Source: an uncultured Methanosarcinales archaeon (GTDB taxonomy: Archaea > Nanobdellota > Nanobdellia > Woesearchaeales > CAYMBN01). Taken from it: a DNA stretch of 64,000 nt. The stretch is taken from NCBI GenBank assembly GCA_964388715.1, contig CAYMBN010000003.1, forward strand, positions 1 through 64,000, given 5' to 3'. A program made the translations under genes and the position numbers. A model generated the notes under the pieces. That model did not search any database. It was given only the letters and a program-made list of their open reading frames with translations, and was not told where the DNA came from. Positions 9,903 through 19,440 of this stretch are shown here, in pieces. Position 1 is the first letter of the stretch, and the number at the start of each line of letters is the position of its first letter.

Positions 9903-10700
9903 ATGGTAAATGTAAATCAATTAATAAAAGATTATGAGGAAAAGACTGGGATTAATCTGCTTGATCGTTTAAGAGGCAAGGCTGAAAAACGTCTTGATGA
10001 GGTTAATGATGGTGAGTTAGCTGATTTTGAAAAATATCTTAGAGTATGTCTTGGACATAAGTTTAGGAATGATCGGCTTTTTTATCAGAATTCTGGGAAT
10101 GGAGTTGGTCGTTATGAACGTCAGATAATTGATGAAGTAATGGATAGAATTATTGCTAATCATATAAGAAAAACTGAGACAGAAACAAGACCAATAACAA
10201 AAGAAGGATTACTTAAACTGGTTAGAAAAAGATATAGAATTACTCTAGAAAATATGAGGATTATTGGTGAAGGTAATTTGGATAGGGAATTAAGTCAAAA
10301 TGATTGGTGGATTTATGAATTGATAAAAGATGCATCTTCTGTTACTGAATTCTTTCCATCAGGAATAATTCAAGAAGCAAAGGGAATTGAGCAAGAATAT
10401 GCTGACTTATGTTCAAGATGTGAACGTGAAGCTTTTTTGGAAAGTGAATATGTGCAAAAGGAATTAGTAGAAGCTTATGGTTTTGAGTGGGATGAAACTA
10501 AGAATTTTGTTGAGAATGCTGATAGACCTCATCCTGCTGATGATCGTGAAATTCCATTAAGGCCAGCAGTATCTCAAGATATGAAGTATGAAATTTTTGG
10601 AGAAGCTCTTAGGAAATGTCAGGCTCATCCATTTCTCAAAGACATTTACGAAAGAAAAGAAGCACTGGAAAGGAGAATGATTCACTGTTTGGAAAGATGA
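9903..10700 (+). CDS. Hypothetical protein
   Basis: 265-aa ORF; TTTATAAA box ~30 nt upstream. Confidence 0.7.
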   Translation: MVNVNQLIKDYEEKTGINLLDRLRGKAEKRLDEVNDGELADFEKYLRVCLGHKFRNDRLFYQNSGNGVGRYERQIIDEVMDRIIANHIRKTETETRPITKEGLLKLVRKRYRITLENMRIIGEGNLDRELSQNDWWIYELIKDASSVTEFFPSGIIQEAKGIEQEYADLCSRCEREAFLESEYVQKELVEAYGFEWDETKNFVENADRPHPADDREIPLRPAVSQDMKYEIFGEALRKCQAHPFLKDIYERKEALERRMIHCLER

Positions 10701-10712
10701 AAAGAAAAAATA

Positions 10713-11231
10713 TTACCCACCCATTTTTAATTTGCTAAATTCTTGATAGATTTCGGATTCTAGATCTTTTCCTGAGTATCTTCTGACAAAATACACATAT
10801 GCTCTTTCTCTTAGATGTGGATTTTGTGTCATAAAATTTTCTAATTGTGCTTTGTTTGTTATTTTTCCTATATCAATTCTTTCTGCAATTCTTACTGCTC
10901 TTTGATAAAGTGCTCTATACTCACCTAATCTGCTTGTGATTGTATTTATGTATTCACCATATTCTTCGACTGATATATGTGTTGTTGGTTTTTGATAAAC
11001 TTGCTCAGCTGCTTCAGATACAATTTCACTTATTTTTTCAGTAGTAGGAGGTGTTCCTTTTAATTCCCTGGATAAACATACAAATTTATTTCTAGCATAA
11101 TATAGAACATATTCTATAAAAACATTATAATTAGTTATTCCTCCTTCACGTTTTGCTGCTTTTTCACGGATCTTTGCAAGTACATTAACCCGATTCATTA
11201 ATCTGTCTGTTCTACGCCTTTTCCGTCTCAT
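10713..11231 (-). CDS. Basic hypothetical protein
   Basis: 172-aa ORF with Arg-rich N-terminus; TATA-like box upstream. Confidence 0.65.
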   Translation of the reverse strand: MRRKRRRTDRLMNRVNVLAKIREKAAKREGGITNYNVFIEYVLYYARNKFVCLSRELKGTPPTTEKISEIVSEAAEQVYQKPTTHISVEEYGEYINTITSRLGEYRALYQRAVRIAERIDIGKITNKAQLENFMTQNPHLRERAYVYFVRRYSGKDLESEIYQEFSKLKMGG

Positions 11232-11357
11232 GCAATAAATGTGATTCTGGTTTTGTTTTTAAATGTTTTGTAAATAGATTTCTCCCAAAAACCCAAAGTT
11301 TTATAAATATCCCAATATTCTCTGTTTGTTGAAGAGAGAGAGACAAGCGAGGTATAT

Positions 11358-11714
11358 ATGTCTTCTCAGTTAATGAAAACTGTTATGGTGTTTAAAATTA
11401 AATCATTAAAACCGTCAATGCGGGAAAAGAAAAGATACCTAATGTATGAAATTATTAGTGATAAACCTGTTACTAATCCTAAGAAAGATATTTATAACAC
11501 ACTTTTGAAGTATTTAGGTGTTTTTGGATATGCTAAAGCAGGGATTATGTTTGTAACATACAAGAATAATAAAGGTATATTAAAAGTAGGACATAAGCAT
11601 GTTAATGAGTTAAAAGCTGCTTTGATGATGACTAAAAAGATTAATAATCAAAATGTCATTGTGAAAAGCATAAAAACAAGTGGAATTTTAAAAAAAGTTA
11701 AGGAGGCGTTTTGA
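11358..11714 (+). CDS. rnp2: RNase P protein Pop5/Rpp14
   Basis: LKPSMREKKRYL, KTSGILKK; position before psmA. Confidence 0.9.
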   Translation: MSSQLMKTVMVFKIKSLKPSMREKKRYLMYEIISDKPVTNPKKDIYNTLLKYLGVFGYAKAGIMFVTYKNNKGILKVGHKHVNELKAALMMTKKINNQNVIVKSIKTSGILKKVKEAF

Positions 11715-12451
11715 AAATGCAAGGAGCAATGGAACATCAAATGATGGGATATGATAGGGCTATCACAATGTTTAGTCCAGATGGTAGATTATTACAAGTT
11801 GAGTATGCTAAAAAAACAGTTAGACAAGGTTCAACAGCAGTAGGTGTTGTTTGTAAGGATGGAGTTGTCCTAGTTACAGATAAAAGAATTGTTGATACAT
11901 TGATTGTGCCAGAAGCTGTTGAAAAGATATTCAAAATTGATGAACATATTGGGGCAACTGCTTCAGGTATTATATCTGATGCAAGAGTTTTGATTGAACG
12001 TTCACAGTTAAGAGCGCAACAAAATAGAGTTACTTTTGACAGTCCAATAGATACATTGTCAATTGTAAAAGATATTTGTTCATTAAAACAAACATGTACA
12101 CAATATGGTGGATTAAGACCATTTGGTGTGTCAATTTTAGTTGCAGGAGTGGATGCAGATGGACCTAAGTTGTTTGAGACAGATCCAACTGGAATTTATT
12201 TTCAATACAAAGCAACTGCGATTGGTGAAGGTGATCAAGAGATTGAAGATGTTCTGCATAAAGAATACAAACCTGAACTATCAATTGAAGATGCAACCAA
12301 GTTAATTATTAAAGCACTTACTAAAGTTCTTGATAAGAATTTTAATGCAGAGAGATTAGATGTTGCTTACATAAAGACAGATGGAAAACAATACACAAAG
12401 ATGGAGAAAGCACAGGTTGAGAAGTTGTTGAGCGGAGTTAAGAAGAAATAG
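11711..12451 (+). CDS. psmA: Proteasome alpha subunit
   Basis: GYDRAITMFSPDGRLLQVEYA, TQYGGLRPFGVS. Confidence 0.98.
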   Translation: MKMQGAMEHQMMGYDRAITMFSPDGRLLQVEYAKKTVRQGSTAVGVVCKDGVVLVTDKRIVDTLIVPEAVEKIFKIDEHIGATASGIISDARVLIERSQLRAQQNRVTFDSPIDTLSIVKDICSLKQTCTQYGGLRPFGVSILVAGVDADGPKLFETDPTGIYFQYKATAIGEGDQEIEDVLHKEYKPELSIEDATKLIIKALTKVLDKNFNAERLDVAYIKTDGKQYTKMEKAQVEKLLSGVKKK

Positions 12452-12462
12452 GGTGATAAAAA

Positions 12463-13158
12463 ATGTCAGATCAAATTTATATTGCGAAATTGAAGAAGGA
12501 AGGACATACCTTTGAGATAGATATTGATCCTGATAAAGCACTTGCTTATAGAGATGGATCAAACACAGACATTAAGTCAACTCTAAAAGCAGAGAACATC
12601 TTTTCTGATGTGAAGAAAGGTAAACTTGCAAGTTCAAATGTTTTGAAAGAGGTTTTTGAGACAGAAGATCCTTTGCAGGTAGCGTCTATTATATTAAAGA
12701 AAGGTGAGATACAAACAACAGCTGAACATAGGCAGAAACTTAGAGATATGAAAAGGAAAAAGATTCTTAATATAATTCATACAAATGCTGTTGATCCAAA
12801 AACACATTTGCCACATCCAATGACAAGACTGGAATCTGCATTTGAAGAAGCAAAAATAAGGATTGCAGAGGATGAACCAGCTGAAAAACAAATACAACCA
12901 ATAATAAAAAAATTAAGACCTATTTTACCTATTAAGTTTGAGGTAAAGGAGATTTTAGTTAAGATTGGTTCATTATATGCTGCAAAATCTTATTCAGCAA
13001 TAAAATCTTTTGGGAAAATGATGAAAGATGAATGGCAGAATGATGGTTCATGGATTTGTCAGGTTGAAATACCTGGAGGATTAGAAGAAGATTTTTATGA
13101 TAAACTAAATTCACTTACACATGGAAGTGTTGAAACAAAAGTGATTAATACACGATAA
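12463..13158 (+). CDS. Ribosome maturation factor SBDS/SDO1
   Basis: FEIDIDP, IFSDVKKG, VDPKTHLPHP, LRPILPIKFE. Confidence 0.95.
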   Translation: MSDQIYIAKLKKEGHTFEIDIDPDKALAYRDGSNTDIKSTLKAENIFSDVKKGKLASSNVLKEVFETEDPLQVASIILKKGEIQTTAEHRQKLRDMKRKKILNIIHTNAVDPKTHLPHPMTRLESAFEEAKIRIAEDEPAEKQIQPIIKKLRPILPIKFEVKEILVKIGSLYAAKSYSAIKSFGKMMKDEWQNDGSWICQVEIPGGLEEDFYDKLNSLTHGSVETKVINTR

Positions 13159-13167
13159 ATAGGAGGA

Positions 13168-13887
13168 ATGAAAATGGGAAAACTATTAGTGAAAGATAAA
13201 GAAGTTGTTGTGCCCGGAGAAATATTAGCAGATGGAATGGATTATCTGCCTGGAATGGGTACATACAGAGATGGGGATAAAATATTATCTTCAAGATTAG
13301 GATTAACATCTGTAGAAGGAAGAGCTGTTAAACTTATTCCTTTAACAGGAAGATATAATCCAAAAAGAGGGGATACTGTTATTGGGAAAGTTACTGAAAT
13401 TTTTCCAGCTGGATGGAGAGCAGATATAAATTGTGCATATCCAGCAATGGTGCCATTAAAAGATGCGTCAAGTGATTATATTGCACGTGGTGCTGATTTA
13501 ACCAAATATTATACATTTGGTGATTATATTGTGGCAAAGATAACAAATGTTACATCACAGAAATTGATTGATTTATCAATGCGTGGTCCTGGGCTAAGAA
13601 AGCTTAGCGGTGGAAGAATTATTAAAATTACTTCAACCAAAGTGCCAAGGATAATTGGTAAAAAAGGTTCAATGGTTTCAATGATTAAACTAGCTACAGG
13701 CTGTAGGATTGTTGTAGGACAAAACGGTGTAGTTTGGGTAAGTGGTGAAGAACCTGATAAAGAACTTCTTGCAGTTGAAACAATAAAGAAGATTGAAAAA
13801 GAAGCTCATATTGCAGGGTTAACAGACCGTATCAAAGAATTCCTTGAAAAAAAGACAGGAACTAAAATTGAAATGAGGAGTGATTAA
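13168..13887 (+). CDS. rrp4: Exosome RNA-binding subunit Rrp4
   Basis: VVPGEIL, S1 domain, KH motif VPRIIGKKGSM, VGQNGVVW. Confidence 0.96.
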   Translation: MKMGKLLVKDKEVVVPGEILADGMDYLPGMGTYRDGDKILSSRLGLTSVEGRAVKLIPLTGRYNPKRGDTVIGKVTEIFPAGWRADINCAYPAMVPLKDASSDYIARGADLTKYYTFGDYIVAKITNVTSQKLIDLSMRGPGLRKLSGGRIIKITSTKVPRIIGKKGSMVSMIKLATGCRIVVGQNGVVWVSGEEPDKELLAVETIKKIEKEAHIAGLTDRIKEFLEKKTGTKIEMRSD

Positions 13888-13889
13888 AA

Positions 13890-14597
13890 ATGGGATACTC
13901 AAAACGTGTAGACGGAAGAAAAGCTGACGAAACAAGAAAGATTGAAGCAGAAGTAGGAATAATTCCAAATGCAGATGGTTCTGCAATGTTCAAAATAGGT
14001 AATACTGTTGCATACGCAGCTGTTTACGGACCAAAAGATCTTTATCCAAGATTTTTGAAAGATCCAGAACGTGGTCTTCTTAGATGTCATTATAATATGA
14101 TGCCTTTTTCAGGTCATGGTAACAGAGTTAGACCTGGCGGTTCTAGAAGATCAAAAGAAATTGCAATGGTAACTCAAAAAGCATTGTTGCCTATTATTGA
14201 TCTTAAAGAATTTCCAAATGCAGTTGTGGATGTTTTTATTGAACTGCCTCAAACAGATGCAGGTACAAGATGTGCAGGAATATGTGCAGCATCAATGGCT
14301 TTAGCAGATGCAGGATTTACAATGAAAGATTTAGTTGCATCAGTTGCAGTTGGAAGGGTTGATGATAAAATTGTTGTTGACTTAAACTATGATGAAGAAG
14401 CATATGAATGTGATAGTGGAGTAGCTGATATTCCATTAGCAATTTTACCTAATTCAGGTAAAATAACATTACTTCAAATGGATGGACATCTAAAACCTGA
14501 ACAACTTAAAGAAGCATTTGAAGCAGGTAAAAAAGTAGCAATGAAAATATATGATATACAGAAAGCAGCGCTGAAGAAGAAATTTGAGGTGAAATAA
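13890..14597 (+). CDS. rrp41: Exosome exonuclease Rrp41
   Basis: RVDGRK, NADGSA, YNMMPFS, DAGTRCA, LLQMDG. Confidence 0.96.
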   Translation: MGYSKRVDGRKADETRKIEAEVGIIPNADGSAMFKIGNTVAYAAVYGPKDLYPRFLKDPERGLLRCHYNMMPFSGHGNRVRPGGSRRSKEIAMVTQKALLPIIDLKEFPNAVVDVFIELPQTDAGTRCAGICAASMALADAGFTMKDLVASVAVGRVDDKIVVDLNYDEEAYECDSGVADIPLAILPNSGKITLLQMDGHLKPEQLKEAFEAGKKVAMKIYDIQKAALKKKFEVK

Positions 14598-14598
14598 A

Positions 14599-15372
14599 AT
14601 GACACAAACAATGAAAAATTACATTAAAAAATTACTTGATAAAGAAACAAGGCTTGATGGAAGAAAAACAGATGAATACAGAAAACCAATCAAAGTGGAA
14701 TATGGTGTTGTGAATTCAGCTGAAGGTTCTGCTCGTGTTACAATTGGTGAAACAGTTGTTTTGGCAGGAGTTAAACTTGAAGTGATTGCACCTTATCCAG
14801 ATGTTCCTAATAAAGGGACAATTATTGTTGGAGCAGAATTATTACCATTATCAAACCCAGAGTTTGAACCTGGTCCACCTGGAATACAAGCAATTGAAAT
14901 AGCAAGAGTTGTTGACAGAGGGATAAGAGAAAGTGAAGCACTTGATTTTGCTAAAATGTGTATCACACCTGGTGAAAAAGTATGGGCTTGCTTAATAGAT
15001 ATTTGTCCTATTAATGATGCAGGTAATCTGTTTGATGCAGGTGCATTAGCAGTTTTAGCAGCATTAAAAGATGCAAAATATCCTAAGTATGACGGTGAAA
15101 AAATTGATTACAGTGAAAAAACAAAAGAGTCATTGCCATTGTCAAAAGAACCATTATCATGTACTGTTCTTAAGATAGGTGATCATTATGTTGTTGATCC
15201 TGTTACTGAGGAAGAAAAAGTATATGATGCAAGGCTATCTGTAGCTGCACTTAAAGATGGTTCATTATGTGCAATGCAGAAAGGTGGTGAAGAGCCATTA
15301 ACATCAGAGCAATTGCTTGAAATGGTTGATCTTGCTGTTAAGAAAACAAAGGAATTAAGAAAAAGTATGTAG
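14599..15372 (+). CDS. rrp42: Exosome subunit Rrp42
   Basis: RLDGRK, AEGSARV, FEPGPP, EIARVVDRGIRES, AMQKGG. Confidence 0.96.
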   Translation: MTQTMKNYIKKLLDKETRLDGRKTDEYRKPIKVEYGVVNSAEGSARVTIGETVVLAGVKLEVIAPYPDVPNKGTIIVGAELLPLSNPEFEPGPPGIQAIEIARVVDRGIRESEALDFAKMCITPGEKVWACLIDICPINDAGNLFDAGALAVLAALKDAKYPKYDGEKIDYSEKTKESLPLSKEPLSCTVLKIGDHYVVDPVTEEEKVYDARLSVAALKDGSLCAMQKGGEEPLTSEQLLEMVDLAVKKTKELRKSM

Positions 15373-15376
15373 TAAA

Positions 15377-16363
15377 ATGGATTTGTTTTACAAACAAGGT
15401 AAAGGAAGTAAATTCATTAAAAAAGTAGCAACATTAGATGATTATCCTAAAGTTGAAGGATATGATTTTAGTAAAAAGTTTAATTTTAATGAATTTATTG
15501 ATTCTTTTTTTTCTACTGGGTTTCAAGCGACAAGATTAAAGGTTGCAGTGGATGTAATCAAACAAATGCGTGATAACAAAGCAAAGATTACATTTGGTTT
15601 TACTTCTAACATGATTTCATCTGGTTTGCGTGAGATAATAACTTATCTTGTCAAGAATAAGATGGTTGATCTTATTGTGACTGCAGCTGGTGGGATTGAA
15701 GAAGATATGATCAAAACATTGAAACCGTTTGTGATTGGGACGCAAAGAATGCCTGGTTCTATGTTGTTAGAGAATGGAATTAATAGAATAGGTAATATAT
15801 TTGTACCTAATGATCGTTATCTTTACTTTGAAAAGAAGTTTGTGCCTTTTTTGGAGGAGGTATATAGGAAAAAGAAGTCAATAAGTGGTGTTGAGTTTTT
15901 TAGTGAGCTTGGTAAGTATGTTAATGATAAAAGTTCTTTTCTTTATTGGGCTTACAAGAATAAGATTCCTGTGATATGTCCTGCAATAACAGATGGTGCA
16001 TTAGGTGATATGTTTTATTTTTTTAAGAAAAAACACTCTGATTTTAATGTTGATGTTATAAGTGATATGGTAGAGATAGTTGATAAAACAATGAATGCAG
16101 AGAAATCTGGGTTGATTGTTTTGGGAGCAGGTGTTGTAAAACATCATGTTCTTAATGCAAACATATTCAGAGAAGGAGCTGATTATACTGTTTTGATTAA
16201 CACAGGGAATGAGTTTGATGGTTCTGATTCTGGAGCTGACCCTGAAGAATCTGTATCATGGTGTAAGATAAGGCCAAATTCAGAATATGTTAAAGTAAAT
16301 TGTGATGCAACAATTGCATTTCCTTTGATTGTGAAAGCTGGGTTTGTTGATTATAAAAGTTAA
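15377..16363 (+). CDS. dys: Deoxyhypusine synthase
   Basis: TSNMISSGLRE, GGIEED, NRIGNIFVPN, DGSDSGA, ESVSWCK active-site Lys. Confidence 0.96.
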   Translation: MDLFYKQGKGSKFIKKVATLDDYPKVEGYDFSKKFNFNEFIDSFFSTGFQATRLKVAVDVIKQMRDNKAKITFGFTSNMISSGLREIITYLVKNKMVDLIVTAAGGIEEDMIKTLKPFVIGTQRMPGSMLLENGINRIGNIFVPNDRYLYFEKKFVPFLEEVYRKKKSISGVEFFSELGKYVNDKSSFLYWAYKNKIPVICPAITDGALGDMFYFFKKKHSDFNVDVISDMVEIVDKTMNAEKSGLIVLGAGVVKHHVLNANIFREGADYTVLINTGNEFDGSDSGADPEESVSWCKIRPNSEYVKVNCDATIAFPLIVKAGFVDYKS

Positions 16364-17223
16364 TCATAAAGAACTTGTTGTAAACCTTGTTTTTTATATT
16401 CTAATCTGAGCAGGTCTAGTCCTCTTTTAATGATTTTCATCATATCATCAAGAGTTGTATTGAATTTTTCAGCTGTTTGGGTTAAGGTTTTATACTCACC
16501 ATCAGTAAAACCAAACTTATATTCAATTGCCTTTCTTGCTTTTTCATCTAATTCCGGTAAAGCACTACGTATTTTTTGCCTGAAAATATTATTAATTGCT
16601 TCTTGTTGAACATCTACTGAAGTATCAATGATTACATCTTCGAGATATTGGCCATCACCAGTTGGAGTGTAGAATGGTATTGGTGTTTTGGTAGCTGTCA
16701 TAACTTTCTTAACTTCTTCATAAGGTAGTCCTGATTCTTCAGAAAGTTCACGTAAACTTAGATGTCTTCCATATTGTTTTGCGAGTCTTGTTGATAATCT
16801 TTTTAGTTTACTTGCACTTTCCCAAATATGAACTGGTACTCTTATATCTCTTCCTTGGTATTGAATCTCTCTTCTAATTGCTTGTTTTGCATGCCAGAAA
16901 AGTTTACTCCTTAGTTGATCTCCTGTTTTTCCCTTAAAATTCTTAATTACTTTAATTAAAACTTTATTTGCAGCTTGAATATAATTAATAAAACTGTCTT
17001 GTGAATAAGAATATCTTTTTGCTACATTTACAGAAATCATTAGATAATCTTTTACTAATTTATGAACTGCTTCAGGATCTCCTTGTTTTGCTAATGCAAT
17101 TAATCTTTCTTTATCATGAGGATTAAGTCGTGGAATTCTTCTAACTTCATTAAGATATTGTTTGACAATATCTTCTGTGAAAGTGTCTTTTTCTCCTAGG
17201 AAATCTCTTATTCTGTATATCAT
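16360..17223 (-). CDS. Divergent sigma70-family protein (copy D)
   Basis: Region 1.2 DIVKQYLNEV, WHAKQAIRREI, RDIRVPVH, region 3 and region 4 KFGFTDGEYKTL; regions 2.2 and 4.2 degenerate. Confidence 0.88.
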   Translation of the reverse strand: MIYRIRDFLGEKDTFTEDIVKQYLNEVRRIPRLNPHDKERLIALAKQGDPEAVHKLVKDYLMISVNVAKRYSYSQDSFINYIQAANKVLIKVIKNFKGKTGDQLRSKLFWHAKQAIRREIQYQGRDIRVPVHIWESASKLKRLSTRLAKQYGRHLSLRELSEESGLPYEEVKKVMTATKTPIPFYTPTGDGQYLEDVIIDTSVDVQQEAINNIFRQKIRSALPELDEKARKAIEYKFGFTDGEYKTLTQTAEKFNTTLDDMMKIIKRGLDLLRLEYKKQGLQQVLYD

Positions 17224-17245
17224 TTTTAGAAAGAATAGGTGTTAT

Positions 17246-17253
17246 TTTATAAA
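17246..17253 (-). promoter_or_regulatory. Archaeal BRE/TATA promoter of sigma copy D
   Basis: GATAAAA-TTTATAAA starting 30 nt upstream of ATG 17223 (leaderless spacing). Confidence 0.65.
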
Positions 17254-17258
17254 TTTTA

Positions 17259-18152
17259 TCAATCTAAAGGATATTCTCTTATTTCTCTTATTCTGCTAGA
17301 GTGTCTTAGTCTTAGTGTTGCTTTTGCTTCAATACCAATTATTTCTTTTGTTGTTACTCCAAATTGTTTGCATACTTCTTCTAATGAGTGTTGTGTACCA
17401 TCTTCAAGACCAACTCTGTATTTGAGAATGTTTGCTTGTCTTTCTGTTAAAAAGTCTAAAACATCTTTAACTCCTACTTTAAGACTTGATTGGTATGCAT
17501 TATCCATTGGTGTTTGTGCTTGTCTTTGTTCAGGAAAATCTCCTAGCAAAGAATCTTGTTCACCTATTGGTGTTTCTAGTGAGATTGGATCCATTGCTGT
17601 TTTTAGGATTTCTTTTACTTTTTGGACTGGGAATTGAGCTGACCTTGCGATTTCTTCATGAGTTGGATTTCTTCTATAATCTCCTGTTAGTCTTTCTGTT
17701 ATTTTTCTTATTTTGTTTATATCATCAACAAAATTTCTAGGTATTCTAATTGTTTTTTCTTGCTCTGCAAGTGCTCTTGTGATTGCTTGTCTAATGTGCC
17801 AAATAGCATATGATTGGAATTTGTATTTAGGATTGTAATTATATTTTTCAATTGCTTTTATTAATCCTTGATTGCCTTCTGCAATTAAATCAAGGAGAAA
17901 ATATCTGTTGTTTGCATATCCTCTTACAATGTTTGGGACAAGTTTCAGGTTTGCATTGATAAGTTTTTGTCTTGCTTCAAGATTCATGTTTTTGAATAAT
18001 CTTTTTTCTTCTTGATAAGGAAGATTAGGAACTTCACTAACTGCTCTTAGATACATTTTCACTGAATCTTCTAAAGGTTGTTCTCTATTTTGATCTATGA
18101 CTCTTGTTTTTTGAGCTATTCTTCCCTGTCCTGGTTTATTGTTTTTATACAT
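17259..18152 (-). CDS. Sigma70-family protein (copy C), altered -10/-35 recognition residues
   Basis: [61 protein letters not shown]. Confidence 0.93.
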   Translation of the reverse strand: MYKNNKPGQGRIAQKTRVIDQNREQPLEDSVKMYLRAVSEVPNLPYQEEKRLFKNMNLEARQKLINANLKLVPNIVRGYANNRYFLLDLIAEGNQGLIKAIEKYNYNPKYKFQSYAIWHIRQAITRALAEQEKTIRIPRNFVDDINKIRKITERLTGDYRRNPTHEEIARSAQFPVQKVKEILKTAMDPISLETPIGEQDSLLGDFPEQRQAQTPMDNAYQSSLKVGVKDVLDFLTERQANILKYRVGLEDGTQHSLEEVCKQFGVTTKEIIGIEAKATLRLRHSSRIREIREYPLD

Positions 18153-18197
18153 TTTATTAAGATATCGCCTCTAATTTATAGTGAATTATGGCTTTTA

Positions 18198-18205
18198 TTT
18201 ATAAA
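18198..18205 (-). promoter_or_regulatory. TATA box upstream of sigma copy C
   Basis: TTTATAAA in the 82-bp intergenic region; second TATAAAT at 18174-18180. Confidence 0.5.
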
Positions 18206-18234
18206 TTTAATTGAAAAATAGTGGTTTTTTAGAA

Positions 18235-19350
18235 TTAGTCTAAGTAATAATCTCTTAATTCTTTTGCTCTGCTTGGGTGTCTTAGTTTTCTTAATGCTTT
18301 TGCTTCAATTTGTCTGATACGTTCTCTTGTGACACCAAATAATTTACCTACTTCTTCTAATGTGTGTGGCACACCATCTTCTAAACCAAATCTATATTTG
18401 AGTACTTTTGCTTCTCTATCTGTTAATGTTCCTAGAACTCTTCTAATTTGTGCTTTGAGCATTGATTGAAATGCACCGTCCATTGGACTTTCTGAATCCT
18501 TATCTTCAACAAAATCAGCAATAGTACTATCACCTCCTCCAACAGGTGTTTCTAAAGGAACTGGATCTTTACCTCTTTCTAGAGCTTGTTGAACTTTGTA
18601 AATGGGTTGTCCTGAAGCTTTTGCAATTTCTTCATAAGTTGGATCTCTGCCATATTCTTGGGTTAATTTTCTTGCTGTTTTTCTTAATTTATTTATTGTT
18701 TCAACCATGTGAACAGGAATCCTAATTGTTCTTGCTTGGTCTGCAATTGCTCTTGTAATTGCTTGTCTAATCCACCAGATGGCGTATGTTGAAAATTTGA
18801 AACCTTTTCTGTATTTAAATTTTTTAACAGCTTTTAATAATCCTCTATTCCCTTCTTGAATTAAGTCAAGGAAAAGTAATCCTCTTTTTAGGTATTTTTT
18901 TGCAACAGATACAACTAATCTTAAATTTGCATTGATTAGTTTTTGTCTTGCTTCATAACTCCCTTGTTCAATAAGTTCTGCTAAATCTCTTTCTTCTTTT
19001 TCATTAAGAAGTGGAACTTCACCAATTGATTTTAAATACATTTTAACTGAATCTTCTAATGTGGCTAGTTCAGTGTGTTGATCAGGTGCTTGTTTTTTTG
19101 GTTTTTTTGTATATGGTTTTTCTTCTTTGTATCTAACTTCAACACCAGCTTTTAATATCTCTTCAAGAACATATTCCATTTGTGTTGAAGTGATTCCATC
19201 TGGTAAATCATCACTTAACCAATCATATTTTAAAGAATTTCCTGATTGTTTACCTTGTTGAATATAGGTTTTAATATATGGATTAAGTGCTTTTTCCCAT
19301 TGTGATCTTTCAGTAATATCCTCTAACTTTGTTTTTTTTGGATTTGACAT
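18235..19350 (-). CDS. rpoD: RpoD/SigA-like primary sigma70 factor (copy B)
   Basis: Region 1.1-like [105 protein letters not shown]. Confidence 0.97.
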   Translation of the reverse strand: MSNPKKTKLEDITERSQWEKALNPYIKTYIQQGKQSGNSLKYDWLSDDLPDGITSTQMEYVLEEILKAGVEVRYKEEKPYTKKPKKQAPDQHTELATLEDSVKMYLKSIGEVPLLNEKEERDLAELIEQGSYEARQKLINANLRLVVSVAKKYLKRGLLFLDLIQEGNRGLLKAVKKFKYRKGFKFSTYAIWWIRQAITRAIADQARTIRIPVHMVETINKLRKTARKLTQEYGRDPTYEEIAKASGQPIYKVQQALERGKDPVPLETPVGGGDSTIADFVEDKDSESPMDGAFQSMLKAQIRRVLGTLTDREAKVLKYRFGLEDGVPHTLEEVGKLFGVTRERIRQIEAKALRKLRHPSRAKELRDYYLD

Positions 19351-19385
19351 TCTTCTATCTATGACTTGCTGAATTGAATTCTATA

Positions 19386-19393
19386 TTTATAAG
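19386..19393 (-). promoter_or_regulatory. TATA box upstream of sigma copy B
   Basis: CTTATAAATA ~43 nt upstream of ATG 19350. Confidence 0.55.
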
Positions 19394-19440
19394 GTTAATT
19401 GAGGAATATTTTAGTTTTTACCAAGAATTAGGGACAAATT